DNA of 64,000 nucleotides from assembly GCA_964035545.1 (NCBI GenBank), contig OZ037767.1, positions 12,695,801-12,759,800 on the forward strand, written 5' to 3'. The DNA comes from Bugula neritina. Lineage: Eukaryota > Animalia > Bryozoa. The notes beneath the pieces are model-generated. The model searched no databases. It worked only from the letters and a program-made list of their open reading frames with translations, and was not told where the DNA came from. Of this stretch, positions 61,248 through 64,000 are shown piece by piece; positions within the stretch are counted from its first letter, which is position 1; each line of letters opens with the position of its first letter. The translations under genes were made by a program, and so were the position numbers.

Positions 61248-64000
61248 CTGTGAAATGAGAGAATGAGGAACATAATAGAGTGGTGTGTTGAGTGTAACAG
61301 TGCATAACGCAAGGTCACCTGTACTCAAAAGGTGTATTAGTCACATAAACGCCTAATTGGAGCAATAGTTAATCAAAAACTGTACAGAAAAATGCTCACT
61401 GAAGAGGAAACACAATATTGAAACAGGCAAGCAGGGTATAGTTAATATTGAAAGTATATTCCCTTCCATAGACAGCAAAGCCTTTCATGAATACAAAAAT
61501 TGCTAGAAAAAAAAAAACCAAATTTTTAAAATCATTGAGAGAAAAGCAGCTTGAGCATAGTTCACAGAGAGAAATATTAGTGCAGCGCTTGCACTAAAGT
61601 TGTTCAAAGAGCTTTTTATTGTCGGTATAGCCTGCACCACACCTCTAATAGTTGTTAGACCTGCACTTATTTTGATGAAATTGAAAATTAATCCGATTAG
61701 TGTAAGCTGAAAAATATTTTGTAGTAGCTCTGAAACCACTTAGTTGTTAAGTCAACGCTACTTTTCACAAGTATTACGTAATCATCATCCCTAGGTCTGA
61801 ATGAAGTTAAACAGTAGTCGATAGGAGCAGAAAGTGAGATCAATGCTACAACTACATATGTTCAAGCAAAATTTTATTTACATAAGAATTATGGAACAAT
61901 TGGCAGTTGTTCACCTAACAACATTATTCGTTCGCATGTGCACTAATGATAATCACAAACCTTTATAGGAAGCTAGGATAAAGTTGAACCCTACATTTGG
62001 GTCATTTCCCAGTTAGATGCTATTTATACATTTTACGTGCAATTTATTTGAACACTATTGAAATTCATGTGTATTTAAATAAATTTGAGTCAATTGCTTT
62101 TTATAATTGGCACACAAATAAACTTCTTTGCTCTGTATAAACCTATTAATTTTGTATTTTCTATATTTTTTGTTTTTTTAAAAAAATATTATTATTAATG
62201 CATTTAATGCTTTTTTTCAACACGAATTTGGGAAAATTTAAATATTATTGCAAATATATCATATTAATGGTTATTTTATGTTTAGCAATCGATATGAAAG
62301 TTATATAAGGGTATATAGGTATATAATACTTAGTACCAAAACAAAAAATACAACCTAACTGGGGAGCATATAAGTGGAATGAAACTCCTTCAACCTACTA
62401 GCTGTTTATGATTTCGAAATTTGTTTGAACCCAAGACATTTTCAAATAGACTACTATTAAACATCGCCCCACTCCGTTTATCAAAGACGTAAGTTGAATT
62501 TATCAACACAAAATTTCAACCGCACATATCTCTTGCATGGGTAGTTTAGGCTTCACTAGTCAATTTCACTCATGGAAAGGAAAGCCAACTAATTTAAAAT
62601 GTGTGTAAAAAAGAGATCAGGGAGATGCACCATTAAACTTCAATGTACTCAGTTATCAGCAAATGTGTTTCAAACAAGTAGCTTAAAATTAACAATGAAA
62701 CAAGCTACTGAATAGTCAATTGTGGATCAGGTGAACCACTTCAAAAGCCTAAGTAACTTGTGTAAACTACCTGGTGGAACAAAAGAAGATGTTGCATAAC
62801 AGAGCTATAGTAAGGAAATATTTGAATTGTAATTCAAAGGCAAGAAACTGGCTTACCAAGCATCGAAAGATCAAAACAAAGGTTATTATATAACAGCACA
62901 TAGTTTTCATTCACGGCTATTGACAGAAGAAATATTCTGCCGGCATAGTGAACACCAAAGGCTCAGACTAAGAGGTTGTGCTTTGAGATTCAGTGAATTT
63001 GTGCTTCCAAACAACCTCACAACATGGAAAACATTGAATCATTTCATCACATGGGTAAAGATTGCAGCTACCTCTCAGAAATAGAAGATGATCACTTTCT
63101 TTCAGAGTTAGGAACTGAAGTTCTCATTGCAGCAAAAGGTAAGCTCAATCATTTGCTTAAAGTTGTCATTTTATATCACAATCACAATGACAGTATGACT
63201 ATTGCTGCAGACAGATAATTGAATTTGTGCAACTATAACTTTTAAGAGACCACATTGACTGATATTTCCCAAACTACTCTATTCCTATATCAATTTGATA
63301 CGAGTTTTCCTGTAACAATCTATTTTCAAAAAATTTAGCGTTTTATTTCCACTTCACCTTCTAGCAATTTGTGCTAAATTCATTAATTTGAATTCCCCCC
63401 CCCCATTGTAGAAGTATTGTTAATAATGCAGTTTAGCAGCCTACAAGTAGTTATTAGCCTTAAGCAGCTGCCAAGCTAGCTTCTTGTTTTATAGCCAAGT
63501 ACCAAAATGCCAATATTAATGGTGAGTTGGCAAAGTTGGCAAAATCTTTTATTAACTTCCGTGCTACCAGTTTATTCTTTTATTTATCTTTGCACAGCAC
63601 AATTAAATATAAAACCATGTTTAAGTAGCAATATTTTTCTTGGTAGAACTTTATTTGTTTTTCAATTTATAGACATACTGAAACTTATCAATATCTGTTA
63701 TCTCGATATGAGGGGTCCATATAAAATGCTGACTCTAGCTTAAATTGTGGTTCACTGACATTTTGAGATAATTTTAATGCAGAGAAGCTTCTATTAACTA
63801 AACTAATTATGCCCAACAGCTCTTGCATTTGTAATTAAGAAAGAAGTAAAATAAAATGATAGCCAAAATTGTTACTAAATTTTGATGAGCTCAAACTAAC
63901 CCAAACACTATGCAACGTAATGATCATAAGTTTGCCAAAGCCTGTATGGTTATTCAGAGTCAAACGATTGGTACGATGGTGCTGAAAATATGCTGAAAGA

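Noticed and set aside
62330-63220. Coding-like plus-strand stretch, possibly a decayed transposase
   Set aside because: Multiple stops and no recognisable motif or termini; cannot be supported without a homology search.

Overview
AT-rich, intron-rich animal genomic DNA, probably an invertebrate (inference); it is not prokaryotic and has no CRISPR, rRNA or tRNA genes. Genes assembled by hand from exons: a 19-coding-exon NPHP1 (nephrocystin-1) orthologue (minus), a head-to-head COX7A2L/SCAF1-like gene (plus), a Fos/ATF3-type bZIP gene (minus), a single-exon secreted D8C (UMOD/GP2/OIT3-like) protein (plus), the 3' part of a type I membrane protein gene (minus) and a possible small orphan gene. 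Mobile DNA: a young Gmr1-like Ty3/Gypsy LTR element with apparently identical 601-bp LTRs, a 5-bp TSD and an intact Gag-PR-IN ORF but RT and most of RNase H deleted; a decayed Gypsy 3' half; a hAT-type fold-back element; MITEs, SINE-like copies and a LINE fragment. Two observations stand out. First, the RT-less LTR element, which carries heat-shock-element-like motifs in its LTR. Second, a recurring pattern in three genes where minisatellites are built from an exon end plus its 5' splice donor, several giving stop-free, in-phase ladders of alternative donors. Gene identities rest on recalled family motifs, not database searches, and exon edges marked ~ may be off by a few bases.
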